Below are positions 36,474-50,248 of a DNA stretch of 64,000 nt, one piece after another; position 1 is the first letter of the stretch, and each line of letters begins with the position of its first letter. The position numbers were made by a program, and so were the translations under genes. Source of the DNA: Monocercomonoides exilis PA203. Taxonomy: Eukaryota > Protista > Preaxostyla. Under the pieces are notes generated by a model. That model saw only the letters and a list, made by a program, of their open reading frames with translations. It did no database searches and was not told where the DNA came from. The DNA lies in NCBI GenBank assembly GCA_001643675.2, contig LSRY02000005.1, positions 744,001-808,000 on the forward strand. The letters run 5' to 3'.

Positions 36474-39400
36474 ATGAGCGAAGGTTTTTCTGAGTTTAAC
36501 TAACATTTACACCTGTTTAAAATTTTATGATTGCAACCACTTTTCTTTAGGGGACTCTCCATTTGAGATATTTGACTATTCTAACAGTACAGAATTAGAA
36601 AAACTTGTTGCATCTCTTGAAGATCAACTATCTTTTTTAAAACTTGCTCATGGATGGGGTCAGACAACTTCGCTGGGAGTTCACTTAAAGACTATTGATT
36701 CTTATTTTGGAAAAATTGAATTTCGTTATATTCACAACCACGATTTCCCTCACATTATTCATGGTCTGTCAAACTGTAGCGCTCAACAAAACAAATTATC
36801 AAATTGCATTTTTATTATAAAATCTTTTAACTTGATTTTTTAGATGGAATTCCGTCTCCTCTTTTGTGTATTTCAGACAATATTCGGATGGATGATGTTT
36901 CATTTATTGAAAAATGGTACGGCGTCAAGGATTACATAGTTGCAAGGGCAAATGCTTCATATACTTCATCACTAGAAAGTCATGTGTTATTGGGAGCTAT
37001 TGCTGTTGCTCTTCGGAATATTGATTGGTTTTTAAATAAATATTAATTATAATTGATTTGTTTTGTTTTTGCAGTTGCATTCCTGTATTTGTTTCATTAC
37101 TACTAGATTCATCTGCGTGCACGTTTTATACAGCTTCTGATTCTCAATCCCCACCCCAGTTATCCGATTTAACGAAAGGCCTAAACAGTGCAATGGTCTT
37201 AGGAGTCTGTTCCGATGCGCATGGGATTCATGTCCAATTTCAAAGTGACAGAATTTCAATTCCTCATCATCCTCATCAAGACTCTCCATTTTCATATCAA
37301 CCACAAACAACGTCTTCTGCTGATTTGTCAGCAAAATCTAAATCGACAATGCTTCGCTCATTTTTCCCATTTCACATGAATTCTCCAAAATGCTTCACAT
37401 TTTTACAGCTTTGTGAAACTTTTCTTTCGCGAATTCCTCTTTCTTTTCCGACAATTCATTATCCTGACTCATTCTATCAAACGCCTCAATTTAACGACAT
37501 GAAACAGTCCACGCAACATTTTTCTCAGAGCAACGCCTGTTGCGATGCAAATCAGCAGCAGCTCACATTCTATCAGTCATTGGCGTGTGTGCCGCAGCCT
37601 TGTGCCCATCCGCTCTTCCCCTTTACCACCGCATCCATCCGTCATGTCTTTGTTCGGAAGAGAGATGCATTTGGCCTTGTGGAAAAACGGATGGGGCTTA
37701 TTTCACGCACAATCAATGAAAGAATTGCCGAGCTTCGTGTTTTAGTTGAAAAACGAATCAAAGAAACAAAGCAAAGCATTACAACTCTTGCCAAAAAGGA
37801 AGGCATTGATCCACTTGATTTTCTATTGTCATCTTTCTTGACTGAAGATTTGTCTGTTTCATCTCACTCATCTTCCTACTCAAGTTCACATCCTCTTCAC
37901 ATGACCACACTCCATTCGCTTTGCGAGTCTTCAGAACTCACCCCACTTTCGTACCCACAGCTCGTCAACTTCCTCAAAACAACAGCTGCTTCTTCGGCAG
38001 CAGACGAGGCAGTGTGGGCTTTTTATAACAAGAATCTTGTTCGTGGGTCAGGGAACGGGATTTTCCGGTTGGAAGTTCCATTGCCTCGAGCGGAGGATGC
38101 TGATGCGATGATGAATCGGATAGAGAAAATGCACGAAAAAACAGCTGCTGCTGCAGATGATGATGATGGCACGAGAGATGATGAGGCAGAGAAAGAAAAG
38201 CAAAAATTGGAGGCTATTGAAGAGCTGGAAAGAAAGAAGACGCGAAAGTATTTGGTCGCAGTGAAAGAATGGGAAGATTGTGCTAAAGCTAATCTGTCTC
38301 GAAAAAGGCGCATTACAAATTGGAAGATGCAGGACGACATTGCACGGAAAATTGAAAAAGAGAAGCAAGAAAAATCAAAAGCACAAAAAGGAGGGCAAAC
38401 AGGAAAGAATTCATCAGATAATGACGAAGAGGGACATAGCTTGACACCTTCTTCTGTTTCTCAATCACCTTTCCCTTCACCTTCGACTTCTCCTTCTCCA
38501 TCTCCTTCAAATGCTTCCTCACCCTCTTTGCAGTCATCGCCTCCAACTTATTCTTCTGATTTGTCTTCAATCAAAAAAGCGTTAACAGAAGCAGAATCAG
38601 CTTCTACGAACAATCAATCAGCTGAGCCATCTGCTGAACTCCTCCGCCTCCAACAGCAATACAAGTCTCTCTTGTCTTTGCAGTCCATTCTCGTTCTGCT
38701 GACTCCAATGCCCTCTTCTTCTGAGTACACACGCACACCTGCAGGCAGATTTGACATCAAATGGGGATTCGCTGGAACTGATGATCCAGTTAAAGGATTT
38801 GAGATTGACGTTCTGATGGAGAACATCGCTTTGGCAGACTGCTGCCACGAGGAGCTGCGAACCGACTGCGGAAAGGCGATGCTGGGCCTTATTGACCTGT
38901 CGGAAAACGAGAAAGAAGAAGAAAGAAAGAGCGAACGCCAGTCTGATAAGCTACGCAATGATGACTTCTCAACTGTTCTATTGAAAGATTTGTCTGGCGA
39001 GGTCACCAGCAAAGCAGAGGGCGGCCAAACAACCACAGACTCCACAAAACAAGAAGAGGAAGACGACCAAAGTGAGAGCTCTTCGCTCTGTTCTGACGAT
39101 GTGTCTCCGCTGTCTCTTCTGTTGAATCCACCTTCGACACATCCTTCCATTTGGAGGCTGCGCTGCTACAAGCCAGATATGAGCGTGACAATTCTTGGGA
39201 CGAAGACAAAGGAATTCCTCAGTCTGTGTGCCATGTGCATGTTGCTTGACTCGATACAGCCAGCGTACACAGCGTCGTATGCAGGGCAGGCAGGGAAAGT
39301 GCACGGAAAGGTGATGAAAGGTTTCGAAGAGACGATCTCACAGATTGACTTGAATTCAGCGTTTAAGCTGCTGTTTGCGTGGCCTCAGGAGAACAAGCAA

Positions 39401-42400
39401 GTAGAGAGTGGAGAAGAAGACCCGGAATATCATCACAGTGAAATAGAAGACGCTGCTAGCGATGAAGATGAAGATGACCGAGATGAAAGATATGAAAGGG
39501 ATGAGTCATCGAAAACAGAAGATTCCGACAGAAAGGAATCCGAAGAGAAAGAAGATAGCATAAAGGAGTCTGGGTCAGATAATGAAGACAGCGAAAATGA
39601 AAGTAAATCTGCATCATCGGGAAAAGATTCTCATAAAGAAGAAGAGAAAAGGGGAAGAGGCGTGAAAGATGCAGCGCAATCAGGCAAAGATTCAGTCAAT
39701 TCCTCTCCAACAGATCGATCAACAAAGGCAGCATCACCAACACTGCGCTCATCCAAAACACCTCCTTCTCCATCCTCCACAAAAGCATCATCTTCGACTT
39801 CCCCGCAAAAACCAGAAAAATCATTCAACACACACACAGACCAGTTCTTTAACGGATCCTCACCGTCGTGGTCGCTTCTCTCTCGCCTTGTGTCCTTCAT
39901 GTCGTCGACGCCGAAGCAGGCGATGAGAGAGGAAGTTCTGTTGTATTCGTGGCAGGTGTTTGTCACTTCGTGCTACAGCAGCTGGAAGGAGATGGCTCCG
40001 CTGCCTTTTCTGCGCTCGTCGCTGCTGCTGGACTTCGACGGAAAAGCAGAAAAGGAGGAGAGGAAGAGGAGAGAGAAAGAGAATAAAGAGCTGCTCAAAG
40101 TATCCAGACAGAAAATACAAGAGTTTGAAGAGAAAGTGAAGAGAGAGAAAATGGAAGAGCGCACAAGACTGGATAAAGAGAGCGTTGAGGCGACAGCAGA
40201 ATCTTCTTGTTTGAAGGAAAATTCTTCGACTGCTGGGACTGTTGCTTCGATTTCTTCAAAGTCAGAAAAAGAGCAGAAGAGCAATCAGCATAAATCGGTG
40301 CATGAAAGGAAAGAAGGGGTGCATTCGTTTGTTGATCACAGAGATTGCTTGATTCACCAGAAACTGGAAATGGTATGATGACTACTTGATGAAACACAAA
40401 GTGGAGAAAATGCAAATTTTATGATTTATGTTATTTATTTTGAATTTTTTTAGAATTTTTGCATTTTTTATAAATAATCATCAAATAACTTCAACTTTTG
40501 TCTTTCTTTAATATCAATCTTCTCTTATTGCACTTTCTAGCTGAACTATTGTATTTGTGAAAAGCGCCGCATGCAAAGAGCTGCTCTGGAAAAGGAGCGA
40601 ATAACAGAGCGAAGGGAATTTCGTGAAGAGCAAAGAAGACAAGAAAGAGAGGAGAGGAGGAGGAAAAGGAAAGAAAAGAAGCGAAAAGAAATTGAAAAGA
40701 GGATGAGAGAAGAAGAAGAAGAGAAAGAAAGAGAAAGATTGGAGCACGAGAGAAAGCTGAAGGAAGAATTAAAAAAACTCTTCTCGTCAGACGAAAGTTT
40801 AAGCGAAGCCAAAAACGAAAACGACGAAAACGAGTCAACTGGCGCTGAAGACAATGAAATAGACAAACTGGCTGAATCATATTTGTCAAAACATCCAAAG
40901 AGGAACAAATTAACTTCAACTTCTCAAACAGAATCCTCAGACAGAAAAGAAAGCGCTTCACCAAAAAGCCAGAAATCCAAAGCATCAGATTTACCCGATG
41001 AGAGTGCGCATTCAACCAACAAGCAGCACACTCCTCGTCTGCATATGCAGAACATCCGCATCCATCGCCACACACTTCCTCCGCCTCGTCTGTCCCACCA
41101 GACATACAACTATGGCAGAAAAGCTCCGATTGTCGGCCTTCAGCTCATTGGCGGTGGGCAAATGTGGGAGCCAGAAATGTTTGTTGCCCCGCCTTCCGCA
41201 GATGACGAGAGAGAGGCAAACACCACTCAGCAGATGGCACACCAAATGCTGAAGTCAGACATCGAGGCATTTAAGGCAGCGAATGAAGAAGCAACACTGG
41301 AGGATTTTGTGAGATGGTTCTCACCCCGCGATTGGGTGATCGAAGTTGTTTGTTGATGAATAGGATTATAGAAATGAAAACATTTGGTTGATAATTAATT
41401 TGAAAAAAAATACACTTTTTTGCAAACTTTTTTATCCGTAACATTTTATTTAATATTTTTAAATTGATTTTTTTTTTCCAATTATCTTATTATTCTTTCA
41501 GGGTGGCGTTGAAATCCAGTGCCCTGTCGAGTACACACGCGAGTATTTGGGTTGCACCCCGCGTCTTTCGCACCGGATGACGTTCAATCCCGACTGCAAC
41601 ACGTGGATGGAGATGTGGGCCTCAACAACGCCCAAGCGCATTGTCGATCAGCAGCCGCTGTTCAACCCAACCAAGCAGGCCGAGGCGATTCTGGACTATT
41701 TGCTCTATATGAAGCCTTCAGAGCTGTTCGAGCAGCTTTCGCGCGTCTGGCTGAACTTGGCGTTTTCTGCGCTTTTCTATTCCACTCCTCTGAACGCATA
41801 CCTTTCGCCGCCTTCTTTGGTGGTTGCGCTGCAAAAAATGAACGAAAATGGTGTGATGAGAATTTGACTATTTCGAAAGAGTAATTATTTTTCTTTTTTC
41901 TTTGAACGTTTTTTATTAAATAATTGTTTTGACTTATGCATTGACATTGATAAGTCTCTGACGGAAGCGCCAAAGTGCAAATGCCACCTCCTCTTAATCC
42001 TCTTCCTTATTTGTACAATTTGATGGATGCATTCAATCTGCAGTCGTGCATTCAGCAAACGCCAAAGTCCTATGGATCATCTCCCTCTGCATACGCCTCC
42101 TCTCCTCTGAGCTTCGTGACCAGACCTTCGTCGCTCATCAACATGATGCCCATCTCCGCCATTGCCAACAGCATCAACGTCTGCGAAAGCCAGGCCGCGA
42201 TTTTGGACTCGTTTGCTGGAAAGTTCCGCTTCTGCCCGAGCATCGTGCTGCCGCTCATCCAGTCAGCTACCGTCGAGCTTGAGAGAGAAAAACAGAAGAA
42301 AGCAGCGCTGCTTGTGATGGGCGAAGGGGAGAACGCAGTCGTGGCAGAGCCGGAATTTGTGCTTGAGAACGGCAAGTGGAGCATTGGTGATCAGCTTGCA

Positions 42401-43189
42401 CTTGTGTGGCCGAAGGAGTGGAAAGACGAGGCTGAAGATTGGAAGGCGAAGAAAGAGAGCATCCCAACTAAATACTCAATAGAAGGCACTCAACAACAAC
42501 ACAAGTTGTCCTCCTCTGAAACTTCTGGGTTTAACAATGTGCAAGCTTCATCGTCGTTCAATCAGAAAGTGGCTGAAGAAATGGATCTTTCTTCTTCGCT
42601 CTCCTTCTTCCCTTCCCTTCGTTCAGTGAGTGGCTCTTCAAAACAAGAGATTATTATCAGTGTTAACAAAGACTTGCACATTGAGACAGAAGAAGAAAAG
42701 TATGAAAAGGAAGAAAAAAAGAAGGAAAAACAGAAGGAAGCCCAAATGAAAAATGAAAGTGCAAAAATGGATGAAATTAAGCAAAATGAGAAATCAACTG
42801 ATCTTTCAAATCATCCAGAAGAAAGCCAACCTGAACTGCCTGTTGCTCCTGCAGAAAGCAGTAAAAGCGTTCTAAAGGGAAAGAAAAAGCGAGCATTTAT
42901 TATTGAAGATGACGATGGTGATGAAGATAAGGATATTCTTAACACTTCAAAAAAAATCGCTCAGTTATCCATATCTTCACCTGAACCTTCATCTTCTTCA
43001 CTGTCCACTTCATCTTCGAATCAAATAACGTCAACACAACCTTCATATCCAATCCATGCATCTCAGCCGGATGCTTGCACTTTAAATGATGGTCTTTGCT
43101 TAACTGAGGATCTTCCTCACAGGCTTTATGCACTTATCACTGAAAACTTAATTGAAGTTCATACTGCAATTTCTCAAGGAGTTGTGTGA
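36474..43189 (+). CDS. RAB3GAP1: Rab3 GTPase-activating protein catalytic subunit (Rab18 GEF subunit), ~7 exons
   Basis: ATG AGC GAA G|intron|GG GAC gives MSEGDSPFEIFDYSNSTELEKL; WYGVKDYIV; LLGAIAVAL..CCIPVFV; HQKLEMLNYCI; LKSDIEAFKAANEEATLEDFVRWFSPRDW; LSHRM..NTWMEMW..QQPLFNPTKQAEAILDYL. Confidence 0.93.
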
Positions 43190-43357
43190 AAAAATATATT
43201 ATTATGATTTTTATGTAAATGATTCTTCACTTCGATGTTTTTTCTTTTCTTTTTAACTTTTAAACAAAATTTATTTTATAAATCAACATTTGGAAGAAAT
43301 GTTTGTGAAAAAAAAGAAGGGTTATTTGATCAAGAATTATTTAAAAGGATATTCTAA

Positions 43358-46237
43358 ATGAATACTCCTATAAATTTCGATAAACAGCAAATATCTGTCA
43401 TTCCAACATCAATTAAAACACGATGGGATCGATTTTCAAAGGATATTGAAAAAGATATACCAAAAAAACGAAGAATGAATGAGACACTTTCTCTGCGTAA
43501 AAATCAACGATTTGGATCATTAAATTCGTTGCGTGATAATGAAAGCGAAGAAAAGGGATTGGGGCAAGTTGAGGTTGAATCTTATTTAATGTTCTTTTTT
43601 TGAAGATTAGCATATTGATTCAATTTTTTATTCAAATTTGTTTTTAATAAATCTATTTCTTATTCATGTATATTTTGTTTGAATGTGTACGGACTTGCAA
43701 AAGTAGTTGGACGAATGGCTGAAAAAGCCAAATTTTGTTGTTAGCGAGAATAAAGAAGATATTTACTCTTCAATTGACACTTTAGTTGGATTAATTTCAC
43801 ATTGTTTGCCAAACTGAATTTTTGTAATGTTTTTTTATATGTCTGCTTTATTTTTATGTTACATTCAAATTAGACAAAGATAACGCGAGCCTGAAGAGAA
43901 AAGTGAACGAGTTAAACTTCGTGATTCCACTTATGAGCATTTTAGAAAAAGAAAATAATACTGCCATACAGCATAGAATCATTTATATTTTAAATGTTAT
44001 AGGTTTGTAGTATTTATGATTTAGCATTTGAAGGTGGTGATATTAGCACTTATTTTTTAGATGAACCAGAGAGAATAACTTCATTGGGTTTTCTGACACA
44101 AGCAAGTTTTTTAATAAAATCGCCAAGCAATGATGTTGTTTCAATTGTTTGCTCATTTATTTGACTGCTGATGATTTCTTTAAATCACTATTTTCATTTA
44201 TGAAAAAGTAGGTTGGGCTAACTGTTGGTGCAATTGCTCGTGAAAATAGAGGATTGCGTAATATTTGTGTCCGCTCTGGAATTTCAAAGTTGATTATTGG
44301 AATTGTTGGAGACAATGCGAGAGAGGAAATGGTAAGACGAAGTTGTTTGAAGGGATTGGCACATCTCTGCCGTTGGAGTTGTTATGATGAAAGTGTTAGA
44401 GAAACAGTTGAAATTAAGACAATGGAGAAGATTTCACAGGAAATGAAGACAGAACTCAAAAATGAAGATAGTAGAATGGAAAAGGATGTTATTGATGTAA
44501 ATAAAGCTGAATCATCAAATCAATTAATTGATTCAGACAATCAAAAAGAAGAGCTTGATAGACTTGCTAAAGGAGAAATCGAGTTGTGCGAAAGTGTAAA
44601 GATGTTGTGCACATTAATCGAATCAGAAGATTTAGAAGTTCTTCGCTTTTCATTGATTGCTCTATCAAACATTACTACATATAATACAATTGCGGCCTTT
44701 GTATGTTTTTTTTAATAACATTCGTTAAATTTATGTGTTTTATTTTCTTGACTCGAAATATTCAAATTATTATTATCAAATAATTAGCTTGTTACACAAA
44801 ACAAAAAATTGAAAAGAATCAATAGATTGCTGCTTAGGGAAGATGTGAGCGTCATATTGAATAGCCTAATAATTGTAGATAATCTTGTATTCTGGTCAGA
44901 CATTGCAATGCAGGTTTGAGTAGTATAGTAACATTCCATTCACATTCTTCATTAATTTAAAATAATCTTTTTTGAATTTTTTTTTTTTTTGACTTCGAAT
45001 GAATTTTTTGAATCAGCTAGTGATTGACAGTGGGAGTGTGATTGTTTTGAAGCATCTTCTTGAAAGTGATATTGAAGAGGTAGCCATGACAGCTGCGCAT
45101 TGTTTGTCAAACATTGCCACAGGTTCTGCCACTCAGTGCGAAGAATTGTTTAACGAAGGCATTATGCAGCTTCTGCAGAAGCGGATATTTGACAGCGGGA
45201 GGAGATGCAAAGTGGAGATTGCTCACATTTATAGATCAGTTGCGGAGAAGAAAGAAAGCAGAAAAAGAATGATTGCGGGAGGGTATGTGGAAACTCTGTG
45301 TGAAGTGTTGAGGCGCAGCGGAGATGGAACTGTTTTGGAATTAACTTTGGAGACGTTGATCATTCTTGTTGAAGGAGAGGAGGAAGAAAAGCGGCTGAGA
45401 CTGGAAGAGAAGAGAAAGAGGTGGATGGAGGAAGAAATGGGAAATGAGGGAATAAGCATGCCAGAATCAAGCAAAATGATAGAAGAAACATCATTTGAAG
45501 GAAAAATGGATGTGTTTGGTGATCATCCGAAATTCAAAGAAAAAGACGATGAAGAAAGCGAATGGCTGATGAAAAGCACTAAAAATTGTCAAGAAACTCA
45601 GGGAGAATCAAATGAAAAAATGGATGGCAAAGATATCATAACACCGTCTGACACGGAGTGCGACTCTATCGTTGATGATGCAAATGCAGAAAACATTGTT
45701 TGTGTGTTGATTGAAGTAGCAAATGGGATACCTCTTTTGCGCACTTGGGAAAAGGAGGGGAATGAAAAGATAAAATCGCTGTGCAAACTGTTGCTGAATC
45801 ATTTTTATGAAGGAAGCGGGGAAATGGATGAAGAGCTGAAATCGAACACAGACTTTCAGAGTTCGTATCTAACAGATATAAACAGAGATGGAGAGCACAA
45901 AGATCAGTGGAGTGTCTTTACCCCGCAAGCATCCAGAGCGTTATCATCAAGTTTGCTTTCACCGCAATGTACATCCGGTTGCTCAACACCTTCGTCAGTT
46001 ATCATGCAAAGCCCTGTTTCCCAAAGCGAATGTCATATTTCATCAAGTAACTCTGGTGTTTCAAATGTTGTGTCAACGCCTATTCATAATAGAGCTGGCC
46101 AGTTTTCATTTCCTCAAACATCAACCCCTCCCGCACACAATCAGCCTTCAAACATCTTTTCTTCCGGGCTTTCGCCTTTTCCAGCAACTCCTGCCCCTCT
46201 ACCTAAAACGTTTTTTGACTTCTCCTTTCCAAAATGA
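43358..46237 (+). CDS. Importin-alpha-like armadillo-repeat protein, divergent, ~7 exons
   Basis: IBB-like KKRRMNETLSLRKNQRFGSLNSLR; ARM-like FSLIALSNIT, AAHCLSNIATGSATQCEELFNEGIM, GYVETLCEVL, IEVANGIPLL. Confidence 0.65.
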
Positions 46238-46805
46238 AGTTTGTTATGAAAGTTATGTTTAAGATTTTTTCTTAACGCCAAAAATGAACTTTTATCATTT
46301 AAAAAACGGTGAAATAATGCATTTTCCTTCTGGCTGTTTCCACTGTAAGAAAATATTAATATTGTTATTTCTTTCAGAAAGAGATAAAATGCTTTTGAAT
46401 ATTTTGAATGATTTTTTGATTATTGTTTAATGAAAGAAAAGTATCGATTTAAAATTTTATCGTTTTGAGTGATCTGGCATAATTATTTAATCTGCTTTGT
46501 TGAAACTGTTTTTATGGATATGCTTAACGTATAGAAAGATGACTTTAGCTTTAACAAGATTTTTTTATTTTTGGTTAACAATTTCAAACATTTAAATAGT
46601 TATGGGTATGTGGAATTGAAGTTGTATTTGTTTTTTTTTAAATAACTACAAAACTTTTTGAATATATTTAAACCAAAATCATGTTATGACTTATTGTTGA
46701 GCGTGTATTTTTGATGCTGCTGGAAGTACGAATGTTAGCAATTTTACGAATTTGTTTTTTATTTTTTCTGGAAATTTTCGTGCTTTTACAGATTTTAAAA
46801 GAAAA

Positions 46806-48545
46806 ATGGATGCTCAACATCATCGAACTGAAGAAATGAAAGATAATTCTAATTTTAATGAAATTGATGAAAAGATACAAAATGCGAAGTCGTGGAAAGA
46901 TAAAAGAGAAACTCACATGGAAGAATCAAAGAAGTTCTATTTAAAACCACAGCTTGTAAATGCAATACATGCAAGCCTTGTAAGTTCTTTTGAATCGAAT
47001 ATTGCTATTCCTGTTGACTATCGAAAGCAGCAACTTAAGCAGTTGCAAAAGATGCTTGATGAAAACAGTGATGAAATGATTCGAGTGCTTCACGAAGATT
47101 TAAAGAAAAATGAAGCAAGCTCTTTCATGATGGAATTATCTCTTATAAAAAATGAACTCGATACTGCACTTTCCAATTTGAATCAATGGATAAAGCAAGA
47201 AAGTTTGGAAACGCCTTGGCATCATATTAAAGGTGTAACAACAACAGCACTTTATCCTCAACCTATTGGTGTTGTGCTTATAGTATCACCTTGGAATTAT
47301 CCATTGTTGCTATCTCTTCAACCTCTTGTTGGAGCAATTGCTGCTGGATGTTGCGTTTGCATTAAGCCAAGTTCCGTAACATGCAATACTTCCCATCTAT
47401 TGGCAACACTAATTCCAAGGTATTTGGACAACAGATGCTATCGTGTTGTGGAAGGAGGGCATGATGTGTCTGATGCCTTGTTGGAGTTAAAATGGGACAA
47501 AATTTTCTTTACGGGGAGTGCATCGGTTGGACGAAGTATCTATCAAAAAGCAGCAAAATTTTTGACTCCGGTTATTCTTGAACTTGGAGGAAAATCTCCT
47601 GCTATCGTTGATTCAACAGCTGATCTTAAGATAACTTGCAGGCGTTTAACGTATGGAAAATTCATGAATTTAGGACAGACATGTATTGCGCCTGATTATG
47701 TTCTTGTTGATGAAACAGTGGCTGTGCCATTTGCTGAGATGATGATGCAAACAATTCGAGAATTTTATGGAGAGGATCCAAAGAAGAGTGAAGATTTATG
47801 CCGAATGGCCTCAAAGAAGCACTATGATCGACTTGTTGAAATACTGCAAAAAGATGCACAGAATGAAGAAGCGACGATATCTGAAACAGCCACAATGGAG
47901 AATAAGGAAACTGCTCAGTTGTCTTCTGATGCAACTGCTGGTGTTGTTCAGCAACCTTCAATTTCTGCTTCCGCTTCTTCTTCTTCTTCGGATATGCCAT
48001 CTTCTGATACAGTCATGTCAGGTCTTTCGCGACTTTTTAATCCTTCCCGCCATCAATCCGGACATATAGTGATTTATGGAGGTGGTGTAGATCCAGAAGA
48101 TTTATGGATTGAGCCAACTCTTGTTACAACAACAATGACAAGCACCACACGCCTAATGCAAGAAGAGATTTTTGGTCCGGTATTGCCTATTATATCTGTT
48201 AAGCATGAAACGTTCCTCGATGATTGTATTTCATTCATCAACAAACGCGAAAGACCTCTTTGTGTATACTTGTTTACTTCAGATTCTGATTCCAAAAATA
48301 GAATTTTGGAGGGGACTACATCCGGTGCAACCATTGTCAATGAATGTTTGATTCAGCTTAGCGCCGAGTCTCTTCCATTTGGAGGAGTTGGAGAAAGTGG
48401 AACTGGATGCTATCATGGGAAAAAGACATTTGATGCTTTTACACATCACAAAGCATATATGGATAAAGCAAAGATTATGGATTTAGATGTTCGCTATCCT
48501 CCATTTACAGAGAAGAAACTCAGCTCGTTGAAAAAAATTATGTAA
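46806..48545 (+). CDS. Aldehyde dehydrogenase family 3 (ALDH3-like), intronless
   Basis: IVSPWNYP, IKPS, FFTGS, LELGGKSP (catalytic Glu), GQTCIAPDY (catalytic Cys), EEIFGPVLP, PFGGVGESG, RYPPFT. Confidence 0.95.
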   Translation: MDAQHHRTEEMKDNSNFNEIDEKIQNAKSWKDKRETHMEESKKFYLKPQLVNAIHASLVSSFESNIAIPVDYRKQQLKQLQKMLDENSDEMIRVLHEDLKKNEASSFMMELSLIKNELDTALSNLNQWIKQESLETPWHHIKGVTTTALYPQPIGVVLIVSPWNYPLLLSLQPLVGAIAAGCCVCIKPSSVTCNTSHLLATLIPRYLDNRCYRVVEGGHDVSDALLELKWDKIFFTGSASVGRSIYQKAAKFLTPVILELGGKSPAIVDSTADLKITCRRLTYGKFMNLGQTCIAPDYVLVDETVAVPFAEMMMQTIREFYGEDPKKSEDLCRMASKKHYDRLVEILQKDAQNEEATISETATMENKETAQLSSDATAGVVQQPSISASASSSSSDMPSSDTVMSGLSRLFNPSRHQSGHIVIYGGGVDPEDLWIEPTLVTTTMTSTTRLMQEEIFGPVLPIISVKHETFLDDCISFINKRERPLCVYLFTSDSDSKNRILEGTTSGATIVNECLIQLSAESLPFGGVGESGTGCYHGKKTFDAFTHHKAYMDKAKIMDLDVRYPPFTEKKLSSLKKIM

Positions 48546-50001
48546 AATAAATGTATCTTCTAGTTTCAATTTTTAATTTTTCAATGAAATTTTTGAATAA
48601 TTTTTTATTTAAGTTATGACGAATATAAAAAATGGGCAAAAAGACCTCTTAGAATAGAGAGGAAAAAATCAAATTTTACAATTCTTTCGTATGTTTTCGA
48701 AAAAAGTCTTTTTTGTCAAATTAATTTATAATTCGAATTTTCTTTTTGCATTCAAGAATTGATCAGAATTTCGAAAGAAAAAACTATAATTATAATATTT
48801 TTCGTGTTATGATGGTGGTTTATGAGCCCGAACATTTTCGTAAGCCCGGGTATTTTTTTTTATTGTTGAAACAGAATAAATATAACATAAATATATTAAA
48901 ACCAAACTTATAATTGTTAATTTTACATTATCTTGGAAGGATAATTTTTTTTTTTTTGTTTCAATTTTTGTTTTTGATGAAAATCTAAAAATTTTTTAAT
49001 ATTTTTTTTTGATCATTTGTTTTGCTCGTCTTTAACCTACTCTCTTTTTTTGTTTTTTAAATTTCAAGATCATTAAACATACATAATGAAGTTTTATTGT
49101 TACAAATGAGTGATTATTTTTGAAATTATATTTTTCCATTCAAAAAAAATTTGGTTTGAAAATATCCCTTGAATATCAACAAAAGAATTCTGTAAAGTGA
49201 AAAAGCTTTTTAAGAAATATCGTTATCTTTATTTGGGCTTTAACATATGTTTTGTGAGTAGTTGTGATGTTTCAACATTTCAAACACAAAGTCTTTTCCC
49301 AACGACGAACAACGTTTGATAAATCGATACCCCGAAAAAAGTTATGATTTCAAAAATAATCGCCCATATCATTAAATAAAAGTTCAAAAAATTTTTATTT
49401 TTCAAATTTTTTGATGAAAGCAATGAAATGCGAAAAATTCGTGAAAAAACAAGATAAAGCACAAAAAATTTGAAATTAAAAAGATAATTTTGAATGATTC
49501 ATGGTCCAGTAGCTAAAAACAGACAGAAAATGAGAGTTGGTTTTAAACGAGCAAAACATATGATCAAAAATAAATTAAATATTTCTTCGATCTTCATCAA
49601 AAACTTAAATTGAAACAAAAAAATTCCGGCACTATCATTATGTTGTTGATAAAATTAATAAATGTTCGTCATTTTAATTTTTGCCATCTATTTTTTCGGT
49701 TTCAACGATCAAAATAATAACCAGGTTAATGAAAATGTTCCGGATCATTAACCACCATTTTGAATTAATATTCAAAACAAAATGATTCTTTTGGGTAATT
49801 GCTTTTTGAATCAATTTTTTTTTGAACAAAAATATCGGTTTGATAATTTAATTTTTTTTTCTTTTTTTCTTTCTTTCTTTTTTTTTTTATTAGTGAAAAC
49901 TGAAAAGCGAGAACTTTTTATGAAAACATCTCTGTCTTTTTTTCATTAAACATTTGCTTGTTAAGCGATTAAAATGAAATCCACATTTCAAAGAAAAAAT
50001 G

Positions 50002-50248
50002 ATATGTCTTTTTTTTTTGTAAAATTCCATTAGTTAAATTTTCAAAAAAAAAAAAATTTCATATTTCTATCAAATTTCCATTCCCACTCACCAAATTTTG
50101 CTTCCATTGAAACAAATCCTTGACAACATAATTTTATCCGTTTGTGTGTGGTTTCGTGAGCGAAAAAAGAAATTTGATAGAAATATGAAATTTTTTATTT
50201 TTTTGAAAATAAAACAAATGGTTCTCAACAAAAAAATTTAGACATATG
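50002..50248. repeat. Small foldback: ~41-bp near-perfect inverted arms (50038-50078 / 50169-50210) with degenerate outer extension
   Basis: attttcaaaa..aaatttcatatttctatcaaatttc versus gaaatttgatagaaatatgaaatttt..ttttgaaaat; outer atatgtct / agacatat. Confidence 0.8.

Noticed and set aside
17596-48545. Possible TAA/TAG=Gln genetic code as in some oxymonads
   Set aside because: Conserved genes end at TAA (AAMP, VMA21, ALDH3) or TAG (WAPL) at expected positions, and long ORFs have no internal TAR.
48815-48852. AGCCCG direct repeat resembling a transposon end
   Set aside because: No matching inverted partner found in the window.
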